The notes beneath the pieces were generated by a model. The model searched no databases. It saw only the letters and a program-made list of their open reading frames with translations, and was not told the DNA's origin. A program made the translations under genes and the position numbers. A stretch of 64,000 nucleotides of DNA from Paramecium tetraurelia (lineage: Eukaryota), in the NCBI GenBank assembly GCA_000165425.1, contig CT868057.1:62001-126000 (forward strand), written 5' to 3'. Below are positions 41,287 to 54,709 of the stretch, one piece after another (within the stretch, counting starts at the first letter, position 1; each line of letters starts with the position of its first letter).

Positions 41287-43347
41287 TCAATCGAAAACAA
41301 TATGTTTCTTGTAGTCATCAATAACATCCAGAACCCATTATAATTTAGATGGTTCATCCTGCATTACAATCTTCATGGCCTAAAATAAATGATTAATTTA
41401 AAACTTATTAGAATTCAAAATAGGTTTATTCTCGAATCCGCAATCTCTTGTGGAGAACTTCGATGTCAGTGCGTTTGTAGAAGTGCATTCCATACAGAAT
41501 CAAATTTAACTTGCATTTCAAATTAGGGCAAACCCGAGTTTCATTATCCTTTGATAAGATGATAATCATATTACTTCAAACACTTTGTAAAGAAGTGGTC
41601 TTTACATAATCTCATTCTCTAGTTTGTATGCGATGCGATTAACTACACCTTACCCTCCAAATGATTTAATAATAGTCTTTTTAGGTCTATTCATTAGGAT
41701 GGGTGTAATTTCTTCCCAATCCTCTTCGAAATCGCTTAATAAAATTGGATCATTAGTTACTTTGCTTACAGCTTGCATTGCCTTTTCCTTGAACTTCTTA
41801 TAGACCTTTTCAGAAATGATGGTCTTGTTTCTATGAATAGACTCTATATCATCATCCGTGATTGATTTGACATTATCTCTGAAGAAATAGTGAAACACAT
41901 TTTCACAATGAGCAGTAAATCGTTACTTGCCTCTCTTCTATACTAAATCAAAGAGAATAGGCTCACTCGAACAGAGACGCACAAAACTATCAATAAATTC
42001 TCTATATCCTCCTGGACTGTTATTAATGCATTCTTACAGTGAGGGCTTATTCAATATGGCAAACTTATAAGTATCCATCTTTCTAAGTAATACTCTGAGG
42101 TGTTTGAATCCGATGCCAACCTTTTGTAAAGTTGTGGATAGATAGAATTTGAAATTAGCCAATTGAACATGGGTCAATTTATATTTGACATGCCTTTCTC
42201 TGAGTACTTCAAGAGTGTAGTTCGGAGATTCAGTATGATCGATCAATTAGGCAAACAGTTTAGCAAATTTAACAGCCTACTCTTCCAACTCTATGGCCTT
42301 GAAATAGGGACTTAATGTGTAATCTTTGAATATCTTTTCATACATGTTCTTAGCTATTTCATTGATTCCATATTCTCCACCAAATATTTCAAAATCGCTT
42401 CTCTAATTTAGAATCAAAGGCTTAAAATTTTCCAATTTGTAACAACCCTTAAAAAGTAATTCAACCGGTGTCTCCATCTCCATATATTGATTGATGAAAA
42501 GATATTTGAATCTAATGAACTATTCTTTCTTTATGAAAAGTGGAGCATGAATACTCCTCATTCTAAATGGGTCAAGTAGTATTTCTTAGGTGTATCCAAT
42601 TCCTAAAATACTCTTATAAATATCCTTGAGATATTTTAGGTGTTTCCCTTAGTACTTAGTCTTCAGCTAACGGTCTTGGGTGACTCTAAGATAGAGGGAT
42701 TCAGAATGTTAATCAAGTAATTCATTACTACCATACTATTTGATTTAGGTCTTTATTATCTTTTGGAATTTAGTCTCAAAAAATTTGCTAATGATTTCCG
42801 TTTGTGTCTTTAGGGGTTGTTTTAACTCTCGATGATTCTGCAACACTTTAGGTCTTCGAAGAGATACAAGTTACTCATGAACATTTCTCAAACTGTTACT
42901 ATTGGGGTTCCTGATTTTATGTTATTAGGGAGTGAATTTGAAATGAACAGGAGTGTTAGGCAGTACGATTTCACAAATCTGGGAATCACTAATCATAGGT
43001 AAATGAAAAAGTGTCTGAGTAGGAGATAGCTCTGGAATTTTAAAACTCTTTTACTTATTTCCAAAGTCTTAAGTTGTCACTTGAGTTTGTATGTCGTGTT
43101 TAATGATGAACTGATTGGTTGGTTCTTAGCGTAGGAGACTGCTTAGTTGTTTTTCGCATCTGGATTTCTTAGAATTTTTGGGTGAGACTTGGAGAGTAGA
43201 CAATCGTCCTGTTAATTGGAACTTTTGATCTTCTTTGATTTGTTGCTATTGTATGAAATCTCTAAAGGTCATGCTTTTGGAATCATTTTTCAAATGTTCA
43301 GTTGGGTATTTGAAAGGGCATCCCAAGGATGAGGTTACATTACTCAT
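41287..43347 (-). CDS. Four-domain truncated haemoglobin-like protein, paralogue B (about 669 aa, two introns)
   Basis: FEIFGGEYGINEIAKNMYEKIFKDYTLSPYF...EEQ...LRERHVKYKLTH; collinear with paralogue A; introns 41549-41574 and 41380-41404. Confidence 0.85.
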
Positions 43348-43468
43348 AATTATAAAAATTATATTTATCCTAATATTTGGAGACATTGTTAACCAACTAA
43401 ATCTAATTGTAAGATCAAAATGATTATGAATTATTATATTGCGTATAAAAATGCATTGATTATATTCA

Positions 43469-46400
43469 ATGATTATTTTGATTTTGGTGGCCTTTCTCAA
43501 TATATGCAATGGCCAACTTAAATGCAAGGACTCACACAATTTAACTGTCTAAATGGAACTCACAATCTTGATCCCTAACTACGACTGTATTCTCAATACT
43601 ACTGAAGAAGCCTTGGTTAATATGACATCGTAGAATGCAAGTTTAGTTATCACAGGAGAAAAGCTGCAACTTAATGAGAATGTCCACTTTGAAGGATTCT
43701 CTGCTGTCCAATTTTTGGAGTTAGAAGTAAACACAAATACACATTCATTAATCTCCGATTCTCCAATCTTATTGAAGAAGGTCACACTTCTGAAGCACTG
43801 TCGTTTCCTTGCTACACACATCAAAATTGAAAATAGCACGATTACTTAGAACGTGTTCAGAAATAGACAAATGTTTTCTTCGCCCGTTGTGATTAACGGG
43901 TTATTCATCAAGGACTCCTCCCTCTTCCAAAGTTCAATCACTAATCATTACTTAGAACTATAAAACCTTTTTCTGGAATCAGTCCACATTATTAACTCAA
44001 CGTTAGGAAGTGTAGATTGCATTAATTAAATTGCCATTTAAAATTCATTTATAGCATCTAGTGAATTTTTAAACTGCAACATAATTTAAGAATTCTAATT
44101 GTATAACACCTTTATCATATTGTCCACCTTGATAAGAGCATCAGGAAGTGTCCATATTTCTATTAGAAATGTCTCACTTAGCAAGGCCACTTTGTTTATA
44201 TTGGATAATGAAAATTAAGTCCAAATGAAAAACATCAATTTTTCAGAAATAACCTCCGATACCTCATTAATTACTGTCAACAGTCCCTACCTTAACATAA
44301 CCAATATGATGAATTATCAATTGAAAGTCTAATCGATATTTTAAATAAGTAGCACTGACATGTTTGTTAAGAACATAACTTGTCAGAAACTAGATGGAAG
44401 TATATTACTGTCAAATTAAAGTTAAGATCTAACACTCTTAATTAATCAATTTAATTTGATAGAGAGTACTTCTAAAAGATTATTTGACATGAGTGGGTCT
44501 TTTCAAATTCGAACTGGGATATTCAAATAAAATAACTGTTCATTAATAAATAGCTTAATAATTCATGAGGTCTGGATCGATTCAATGATATTTCAAGATC
44601 TCAACAATTAGCTAATATTATCGGTTTCTGATTCTAATACTCTTCATTTGACAAATTTAACAATCACATCTTGTGAACAAATTATGTTTGCCAAATTTAA
44701 CACTGTCATTAGTGTAAGTCTACAGAATATTAAATTGAGTAATTGTAAGGAATGTAATTTTTTAGTTTTAAATCAAACAAACACATTTATTAAAGACATC
44801 ACTATATTGGATGTCTAGAATTTCTTTAGTACTTTAATATTCTCTTGGAATACCAATATTGTATTGAAAAGACTAAACCTTAGAAATATATATTCTAATG
44901 CTCAATAAATCGTCACCTTGTTTGAAAGCGAAGTGATTGAACTATCGAATTTAATAGTGAACAATGTAGATTGTCAATATTGTTAAGGAATTATTAAAAT
45001 TTCTAATTTCCATTCAGCTCAAATTTTAAAATCTAGTTTCTCAAATTTATCCACATCTTAGGGAACATTGAATATTGAAAACACAACTAACTTCACAGCA
45101 ATAAACAACCAATTTATTAATATAACTGCTATTGATGGATCTAGTTTTTACATTTTCAATTCCTCCATCAAAATATTGCAAAATGAATTCATCAATTTAG
45201 CTGCCAAATCAAAAGGAGGAGCCGTTTATCATATTCAAGCATATAATACAACTTACTATATTGAAAACAATAGTGTTTCAAATGTTACATCCACAAAAGG
45301 ACAACTCACATACTTAGTTACAGAATCAATAACAGCATAAGTTACTGATTTCTATATAGATGGACCTGTGTTCTTTGAGATTTTTAATTAGACCTACAGT
45401 CTTAATAGTCTTATAAGAAAATAGGTGTTCTTATCTTTTCAGAATTTTAAAAGCGGAAAGGAAATTAAATTTAATATAAGTATTTTGGACAGTGACAAAA
45501 ATAAATTGTGTAAATTCCAAGAGAACATCTATTTAAACAATTATTCATACCATTTTGATTAGTATAGATGCAATTATGAAATTACATACTTGTATTATCA
45601 ACAAGAACCTCAAGATGAATAACTTGTAATAATAATTCTGTTGGAATAATTGAAATTATATAATAACAACCCATTTTCTCTTTAAGTTTTACTGAACTTC
45701 ACTTAATGTGAAATTGGAGAATAATGGATACGTAATTCATGTCAAAAATGCATCTATGGAACATATAGTTTCGACACCTAGGCTCCCTGCATACAATGTT
45801 TACCATAAGCTTAATCTTGTTTAGGAGGAGCCGAGATAGACATAAAACCAGGATATTGGAGACCACATAATCTAACAGCCAGCATTGAGCGATGTAAGCC
45901 CTAATTATCAGTGTGTTTGGGTGGCAAAAATAATTTTACTTGTGGTGAAGGGTATTTAGGAGCAATTTGTTAAGATTGTGATTATTACTCGATTAGATGG
46001 GAGAAATCGTATGCTAGAAGTCTCTCCAATTATTGTGCCGAGTGCCAATTCAATTTGATCGATCAAATTAAACCAATTCTAGCATTCTTGTGGATTTCAG
46101 TAATTCTATACTAATTAATCTTTAGAGTGTCCTCTATTTCTCTGTTTGTGGAGCCTTGAAGATGGCTAGGGCTTAATTGGTTGGACGTTATCTTAGACTT
46201 ATTGGATTGCACTTTGGCACCAGATCGTCTATGACTATAGATCAAACTGAAGTGTTGCTCAAAATGATTTCTACTTACTTTCAGTTGCTCTCCATTCTAT
46301 TAGTTCTTAATATCAAGATACCCCAGCCATTTCAATTTCTATCTCAAATCATTGGAAACCCTCTTCAAACCTTTGGATTTCAGATTGAATGCTTACTCAT

Positions 46401-47735
46401 TAAAATGCAATTCTAAATTGAAATCGTGTACCTCAAGTAAATATGGAACCTAATTACTTCAATCATCTTTGTATCTCTTTTTATTTTCACTTATTTCATC
46501 TAATCTCTTTGCAAACATTTGGAAAACTCAATCCAAACGATGTTCATAAATAGTTTGATTCAGGTTCTGTTTTATTTCTAAGGGGATTTGATTGAAGGCT
46601 TGTTTGAAATCCTCTTTTGTATCAAGGCATCCGGATAATATTATATATAGGCATCCACCCAATATATATGTTATACCCCTGAACATCAAATTTACATAAG
46701 AGCCTACATAATACCTGTTTTATTGACTATTGGGTTATTCAAGCCTTTGTTTTACTTCATTAAGCTTAATAGAAATAAGAGCAAACTGTGGACTTGTTAA
46801 ATTCGATTGCCATACGGCTACCTGTTTATAGAGTACAAGAATCAATACTACTATTGGGAATTCGTTCGATTTATAGTTAAATCATTGTTTTACATCCTTT
46901 CTACATTGCTGATTCAAGATTTCAAATTATTATTCCTGTTCGTCATTTTGGTTTTACTCTGTTATTTAGAGTTACTCAACAGGACCCAACCATATTTAGA
47001 GTATAAGTTCAATGTTTTAGATAAAGTTTCAACTTAATTAGAAATTGTCAGTTTAATATTAGCTTACATTTAGGATGATAACAATAATTAATACATAGTA
47101 GACATTACCAACATTTTAATATCCATAATTAACCTGATTTTCATTCTCTATTTCATTTATAAAATCCTAATAGAGTTGAGTTTAGAATATAAGAAGAAGA
47201 TCTAAGAGAAATTGATTGCTCTGATTGAAAGGTATCCTTGGTTGGGTAAATGTATCAAGAAACCAGTTCCTTCGACGATGCCAGCGCGTATCAATTATTT
47301 ATGGAAGAAGGCCAGAATGCATGTTTATAATTTTATTTCTCAAATTGGAAGTACTTCCGATACGAAAAGTCAATCGTCAACTGTTTATCGTAGCCTTGAT
47401 GTTAGTTAACCGAAATTGCTTTTCACTCTTAAACCGCAACTCATGAAATACTTGTAACATTTTTGTTAAATTTTTAAGGTAATGTCCCCATTCTCATTTG
47501 CCAAATTAAGGTTAATAATTAGAAATTTCACAATAGTCTAGCTAAAATGTCTCTGTAAATTAGAGTTAGATTTTGGAGAAACCCTCATAAATTACTGATT
47601 AGTCGCTTATTTAGCATAAGCAAGAGTAAAATAACAAAGATGAAGAAAGTTCCTAATTGCAAAGGTAGGCCTCTAATAAAAACATAAAGAAAACCACATC
47701 TGTTTTAATTTAACCAAAACTTAAAGTTAAAGTGA
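43469..47735 (+). CDS. Large surface membrane protein: signal peptide, N/I/S-rich beta-helix-like ectodomain, Cys-rich region, multi-TM C-terminus
   Basis: KGGAVY motif, CQKCIYGTYS, IKPGYWR, CGEGYLGAICQDCD, then several TM helices with YGYLFIEYK..YYWEF. Confidence 0.8.
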
Positions 47736-48030
47736 TAAAAAAACAACGAATTTGATAATTATTCTGTATATAAATTATATATATTATGAAGGCACCAAAT
47801 CATATCTAAGAATATCCTTATGAAGTAAATGAATTAAGAATTCTCAATTCTCAAAATTATTGTAAATAAACTTATTTAATTATAATTTAATTATGAAAAT
47901 TTAAACACCAGTGTTGCTCTTATAAGTAATATTAAAAATTTTAATTGTGCTGTTTTTTTGATAATTTCAATTATTGCATCATAAGAGGATTAAATATAGA
48001 TATTTCAATGAAAAATTATATACAGTTACA

Positions 48031-49349
48031 TCAATTTAGTTTGAAAGGGTACACGTTTTAGTTAGAAATGAAATCTGTTGCGGGAGTCAAGACCTAGAGC
48101 TTTGCTTGTTTGGGGGATAAATATGAAAACAATTCAGTTCTTGGATATGAGGATATAAATACTTCGAGGAGAGCTAATCAGATTCATCAGTGAAGAATGG
48201 ATGAGCTATGCAATCGTAAGCACTATATCTTAATTTGGGATCGAAGTTGAGCATCTAATGCAATAGATCGAGAGCATTTTCGTTTTGGATGTGAGAACTG
48301 ATTCGAATATTGCCTGCTTGGTTTTACCCAAGGTCTTCATAGATGGGTTTACCGACAAGTAATTTGTGAAATACTGCTCCGGCACTAAAGACATCAATTT
48401 TTTCATTGATTCTGGTGGATAGGAAAACCTCTGGTGCAATGTATCCTCCAGTGCCAGCTCTTGAAAAGGGGGATTAATTGATCATGCAGAGACCGAAATC
48501 AATAATTCTAATTTTGAGAGGGTTGATAGAGGCAATCATGATATTGTCATATTTAATATCTCTGTGTATGATTTTTAATTAATGCAAGTGATTTAAACCT
48601 ATGTTTTAGATATATAATAATACCCTCCAAAATCTGTTACATAATCTCTTGGATGATGTGCATAGGCAATTTGTTGTTGTACATTTTCTGAAGGTCGTAG
48701 AGTGTGCCTTGAGATAGGTAATCCATGGCGAGGTAGCAATTCAAATCGTCGATGTAATATGAGTTGAAGCCAAGTACATTGGGATGAGGGTGCTTTTGAA
48801 TGAGTTTAAGTGCTTGTAATTCTTCTGGATTCTATTTTGTATAACTTTGGTTATTTACTTCTTGATGACGAATGAGTTTGAGAACCTGAAACTAGTTTTG
48901 TTATTTGGCAAGGATTATCTTAAAAATGATTTGTAAATAATGATACCTAGCATTTCTAGTTGTTTTTAATGTGCTTCACATACTTGAACTCTTTTTCCCA
49001 GTCACAAAAAGCCATTAAACCACCTAAAATGTTTTTTAACTAGCTGAGCTGGTCACTGCTTCCACCGAAGGAGTACTTCCTGGTATCATGCTTACAAAGA
49101 CTGAAGCCCTCGATGGCTTTGGAATGGCTAGAGGAATATGTTTATATCTTACTTAGAGTAATCCCAATTAAGAACATATTGAGTAGTTTAAAAGTCGATT
49201 TCCTTTTCAATTTTCTCACTCAGACTCGATTTCTTAAGTCCACTCAATGATAGTTTGTCAGGATAGACAGTTAAAGTAACAGTACATCCGTTTCTAATAA
49301 TTTATGATAGCTTTGTAGTAAATAAAAAAGACTGAGAACAATTTTTCAT
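48031..49349 (-). CDS. Divergent Ser/Thr kinase with N-terminal PH-like region
   Basis: HPHPNVL, IIHRDIKYDNIM, LIDFGL, GTGGYIAPEV, DPKLRYSA..CIAHPFF; no recognisable Gly-rich loop. Confidence 0.8.
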
Positions 49350-49414
49350 TAGTTTAAAATTACATGCAGTTTTACTCTCTATATAATTTTCATATTCGGA
49401 CATAAAAAATATAA

Positions 49415-51470
49415 ATGAATATGCATCATGGGCATTAAGATTCAATCTTAAACACCTCACTGGCCATAGTAGTAATAAATTCTATTGACATAGAATCAAC
49501 ACCACAATACTTTTGACATCTTGGTAGACGACGAATCCGAACACAAGTTCTGGACAAACAAGAGGAAATATCAATTCAAATGTCTTTTGAGAAGAATAGT
49601 CCTCATGCTCTACAACTCTGGTCCCGTTTATTTTACCTACTTGATTGTGAGTCTCTACATTTTTAAATTATTACGCAAGGTTGATACAGACAAGGCGTTT
49701 CGATAATAATACATGAAGTAATGTATTTATTTATTGCAATCAAGATAATACGTCTACGACTACATGCTCTGCATTTGCATAGTCTGCATTTACACAATCT
49801 TTCTATATGGACTGTTCAATCATTCAGGTAACTCCAACTTCTAAATATGAAAGAATTGTCCGAAGTCAATCGAGAGTACTTTCATTGGGCAGTCAATTGT
49901 GTCTTGTTCATCATGTTGTATGCCATATTCATAACGCAAAAGGAATTGGTTAAAATTGAAGAAGTGGAAATCGAGAAAGCAGTAATCACTATTTCAAATT
50001 ATCGTTTAGCAATAAATTAGGACTCAAAAAGATAAGGAGCAGAGATATGTGTTTTCCTTCAACTTCTCCTTCCTATTCAGTCAGCAAAATTTCTACAACA
50101 TCGGTCTTGGCAGAGCCCACATGGATTTCATCAAAGCTCAGGATTCCCAGGACAAGGACAATCTTAACACTATTCAATAATTCTCTAAATAAGTCGATCA
50201 CATCATCGACAAAGAGAATCTAGACCCAACCATGATTTACTTCAGCATGTGTTCTGATTTCATAAATAGTGAAATATAGGCATCCCCTATGGCAAAGAAG
50301 AGGAAATCTAAATTGGTAAAGGAAGTAGAGAAGGCTAAGTCTGTTTTGGATTATCTGCAGGATTTAGGATTTAATGGCAATCGGAGTGTATTCCAACACT
50401 TTCTCTTGCCACATTACATCTACACCAGAAAATTCCTAATCCCCGATTCTAATTTACAGATCATCGTGGTCATAACCTTAATCACTCTGAAGGTCTTAAT
50501 ACCGATATTCTTTTTGTTTTGGCCAATTCATCCTTACACTCTCATCTACTCAGTGATATTCATGGGATTCTACATGCATTTTCTATCCATTATCTTCCAA
50601 TTAGTATTGAATGATGATCTGAAAACTAGAAACTACATTCTATAGGCTTTGAATAAGATTATCACTATAGACATGGACCAAGAAGACGCACTGCATGAAT
50701 TAATAGACATTACTTGTTCACTCAGTCTTCAGAGTTGGAATCTGATGAGAACAGTTGTGATATACATTGAGAAGAAGAAGAAAATAGAGTACAATTATGT
50801 CTATGGTTTTCTTGCTCTTTATGGGGCTATGTGTTTCGGTGGATTTACATTGTGCAATTTTGAATTACCATTCATGCAAGCCATAAATTATTGCGATGAC
50901 GATGTTCTTCTGTATAACATCCATGCAGACATCGTATTATCTTTCATCATCTGTATGGGCAGGATCTACTAAGGCTCTAATTTCAATCAGACTTTTAGTG
51001 AAATAGATGCAGTAAACAATGATAATTACATTAGAACATTCACAAACTCACTGCAATATATGAAGACTTATACACATTATTTGATTACTATTTTAAGAAC
51101 AAGGATATAGTTGACAATAGAATATACAGACAAGTGATTGAATTGATTTACACATATTAAAAGAAGAAGATGCAAATGCCATTGCAAAGGAATATCAAAA
51201 ATAAGGTAGATGTAATTGAGACTGAGGAAATGATCATAATGAGAGATAAGGTAGCTGAGATTAAAAGTTGTTTGGAGAAGATCTAGAGTAATGTAGAAAG
51301 GGATGTGAGGAAATGTCATGATAAATTCATTGGTATTTTCGATGCAAATTTCAAAAAACAAATGAGAATCATGATTTTTGTTATAATAACATTTGTACCA
51401 TCCTTATCAACAAAGTAATATTATAGTTATTTCTATTAGAGTGTACAAATATCTCAGTTAAATGATGTGA
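49415..51470 (+). CDS. Polytopic membrane protein, PHTF/7TM-ion-channel-like
   Basis: Multiple TM segments; DDLKTRNYILQALNKII, SLQSWNLMRTVV, IICMGRIYQGSNFNQTF, long loop, then terminal hydrophobic helix. Confidence 0.6.
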
Positions 51471-51496
51471 TTTAAATTATTATAGCTATATAAATA

Positions 51497-52477
51497 TCAA
51501 TATTTAATAATATTCCATAAGTCACTTAGTTTAGCATCTTCAGGCAGTTTCTAAATGGCCAAGCCTAATTCTGGAGAATACACGATATCATTTTGAGTGT
51601 CATTGCTTTCATTAGCTCGATATCTAGCAGCTTGATTGTACAGACTCTGCACGACTTATACTTTTTCCTCGAATTTCTGAACAGTAGGTTGAAGTTTCTC
51701 TTAAATTTCAATTCCATAAATGGGATTTTCAATATAGAATGAATGCAATTTAATACATTCCTTAATCATGCTATCAATTTCATTGTTTCTATAACCCACA
51801 AAGTATCCTCCAAATTCTTAATAGGTCTCAACTATCATGGTATAGAAACCTTTCGTAGTTTTCTTACTAATTTTCTTGACTGCAATCCAAGGAATGCTAA
51901 TGTTAAACAGATCATTTGTGGCTGAATACCAAACAAATCGAACGTTGGTAAATATGAGAGTACCAGATACGTCCTATTGATCATTTGCCACACTGATTGT
52001 ATTAATATATTGGTTGATTATCTATTCTTTTTCTGAGAGATTGAGTTTCTTCTGAGAAATCATAGCGAATTGCACTTTGATTTCTCGATGTAATAAAGTT
52101 TGAGTGTATAGTCTGTAGATATTGACTAAGGACTCATAGAGTTTTTTGTCTGAACTATGGAAATTGAATTCATATTTTTATCCAGTAGCTAGTTTGGTTC
52201 GAAAGAGAGTTCCAAAAGTGCGATTATTGTTAGTGACTTTCTGCTCGATGTGGAATATAGTGCCTAAGCCAATGCTGAGATTGACACTGCTATTACGTTC
52301 ACTCCACCACAAGATCCTTACGTTGCTGATTATTAATCGACCGAGTTGATCGGGGTTTCCTTTGATGTCTTCAACATCTTACCACATGAACAGGGTTTTT
52401 TCACCTTTCAGCATGTTCAACTTGGAGACAGTAATGTCGAAATGGATACTGCGATCGTACAGAAATTCTTCACACAT
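51497..52477 (-). CDS. BBS5: Bardet-Biedl syndrome 5 protein (BBSome subunit)
   Basis: VEDIKGNPDQLGRLIISNVRILWWS...VNLSIG; GTLIFTNVRFVWYS...FNISIP; ENPIYGI; C-terminal YSPELGLAI..LP...SDLW; 326 aa, intronless. Confidence 0.93.
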
Positions 52478-52487
52478 AATAAATATT

Positions 52488-54624
52488 TCATATTTAAATA
52501 TTCACAAATTTAGGATGTACTCTCTTATACAATTGGAGACTGACGACATCGTTGGGTTTGACGAAGTTATTGAACATGCATTTCATTAGACCATGTGTGC
52601 CTAAGGGTTCCAGGATATTTCCCTAAGAATAGATATGAATGAAGTACTCTCAATCCCAATTTCGTAGAGAGTTCAATAGGTTTGAAGAATTTGATATCAT
52701 CTGGATTGAAGAACATCATTCTAATGACAGCTTTCCTCTTGTTTATTTTGACTGGGTATCCAGTAAGTACAATTCTCTTCAGGATTACTTGGAAAGTGTC
52801 ACATCTCTGAATGTCTCCGACTCCCATGATTTCACCGCCTCTGAAGTCAAAGTCATTTTACCAAAAGATGACAGGTTGTTGTGGGAATGAATTATAAAAA
52901 TAGAAGGATGCCAGATAAAAGGTATCATCCTTGATTTCCTTCACATATTTGGTTTTACTGCAATTCTAAATATGGGATGAGTATACTTACATTAAGAATA
53001 CGAGAATAGATTGGATTGATGTGAGCTCTTCTGAATCCAATTTAAGCAAACACTTGATGTTTTGATTTGAGAACACAGTTATGCATCTAATGTCTATGGA
53101 ATCTCACATGCATTTGTGTCATCTTCCTTTCGTGTTTCAACAACCCAGAAATAATATAAATCTTATTTGGTTGAGTCAGTCTTTGCACTATCAACTCAGG
53201 TACATTTTTCAATGTAATTTTGATTCTCTATCCTGGCTTTATTTATTCACTCTATTTCATTTCCTCCAACACATCTGACTTAATCTTTTTCAGGAATCTG
53301 AAATTGTAGATTTTCTCAGCCTCATCTGGTAAAAAGGTAAGTGGATCAAATTCACTAGTCCTAATGTTCTTCAAACCCTAATATTGATCATATCGTTCTC
53401 TCAATTTAACCTCCACTCCATATTCAACTTCATCCTCATAATCCAAATCTTCAGTGTCTCTATGCACAATCTCAAATTGCTCTCTCTTCTTCTGAGCTTC
53501 CTCCTCAAACTCTTTGTCTAGATCTTCATAACTAACATCACTCTCCTATTCAATCATTTATTCTTCCTCCTCCTGCAATTGCATTCCTGCTATGTCCTTC
53601 AACAAATCATCGCAATCTCCAATATCATGCTTTTTATCCCTGCAGATTGGATCCAGGGATTCTGGTTAGGCTGTTTCGAATACTTACTCAATCATCCCCA
53701 GTAACTCAATGCGTGCAATTTAGAAATCATCTACTCCTGTGATATGCACTAACTAATCTGCACTTAAGCCATTCTATCCTCTCCATGTACCTGTGATACT
53801 CAACTCTCCATTCACATAAGCCAAATCATCAGGCAACATGTATCCACGAATGTCTCTCCATTCTACTGGTTACTCATGTAACACAACTACACTCCTCATC
53901 AAAGTTGAACAATCGTCGACTATATGAGATCCAGGAAATTCACTCTCGAAGTATCTTGAGAACAACTTCCTAACTACACTCTTCTTGCTCTGACTTATTT
54001 CATCCAAATCCTATATGTAACACACCTATTAAACTAAACCTTGGGCTCTCAAATTGCTAAGCAACTTATATCCCTACTCATCAAATGCATTTGCATTGCT
54101 ATGAGGATCCAAACTTATTGTGTTTGTATTGCAATCTCTGCAAGACAAAACTGGACATACTATGTCTGCCACTTTACATGCATCGAGTATTTACTCAGGA
54201 TTCCTATCTAGGAATATAAATCTTAATGGCTATTTTATTAATTTCCCATTTGCCTCTACATTCAAAAAACAATCTTAAGTGCAATAGGAACTTATCCCCA
54301 CTGATTATACATTGAGATGCTACAGTAATTGAAATCTTTTTATAATCACATCTCATACTTTAATGCAGCTATGTTGGCTTATTAATTCATTGGAAACATG
54401 GCTATGATTTTTGTGTTCACTGCCTTAACAACTTTCACCTTCTACTCTTAATTCTTTGCTTATTTCTCAATCTGAATTTCCTATTGAGCATCCTTACTTT
54501 TCGTTTGTTTGATCTCTTGCTTCTTTATTTTCTTCTTCAATTTGCCCTCACTCCTCTACTTTGCTCGACGCTTCGATTCCCCCTTGAATGCCTTATTTCT
54601 CTACGATGGATGACCCTTAGGCAT
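52488..54624 (-). CDS. TSR1: Pre-rRNA-processing protein TSR1
   Basis: RNKAFKG start, LDACKVAD, QLVHITGVDDF, RERYDQYQGLKNIRTSEFD, KRIVLTGYPVKINKRKAVIRMMFFNPDDI, EPLGTHG, QLYKRVHPK. Confidence 0.93.
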
Positions 54625-54709
54625 AATTAAAATGATTTAAAAATAATTAAATATTTAAACAAACAAATATGAAAATATATTTACAATCAATGAGATTATC
54701 AATTATAAT

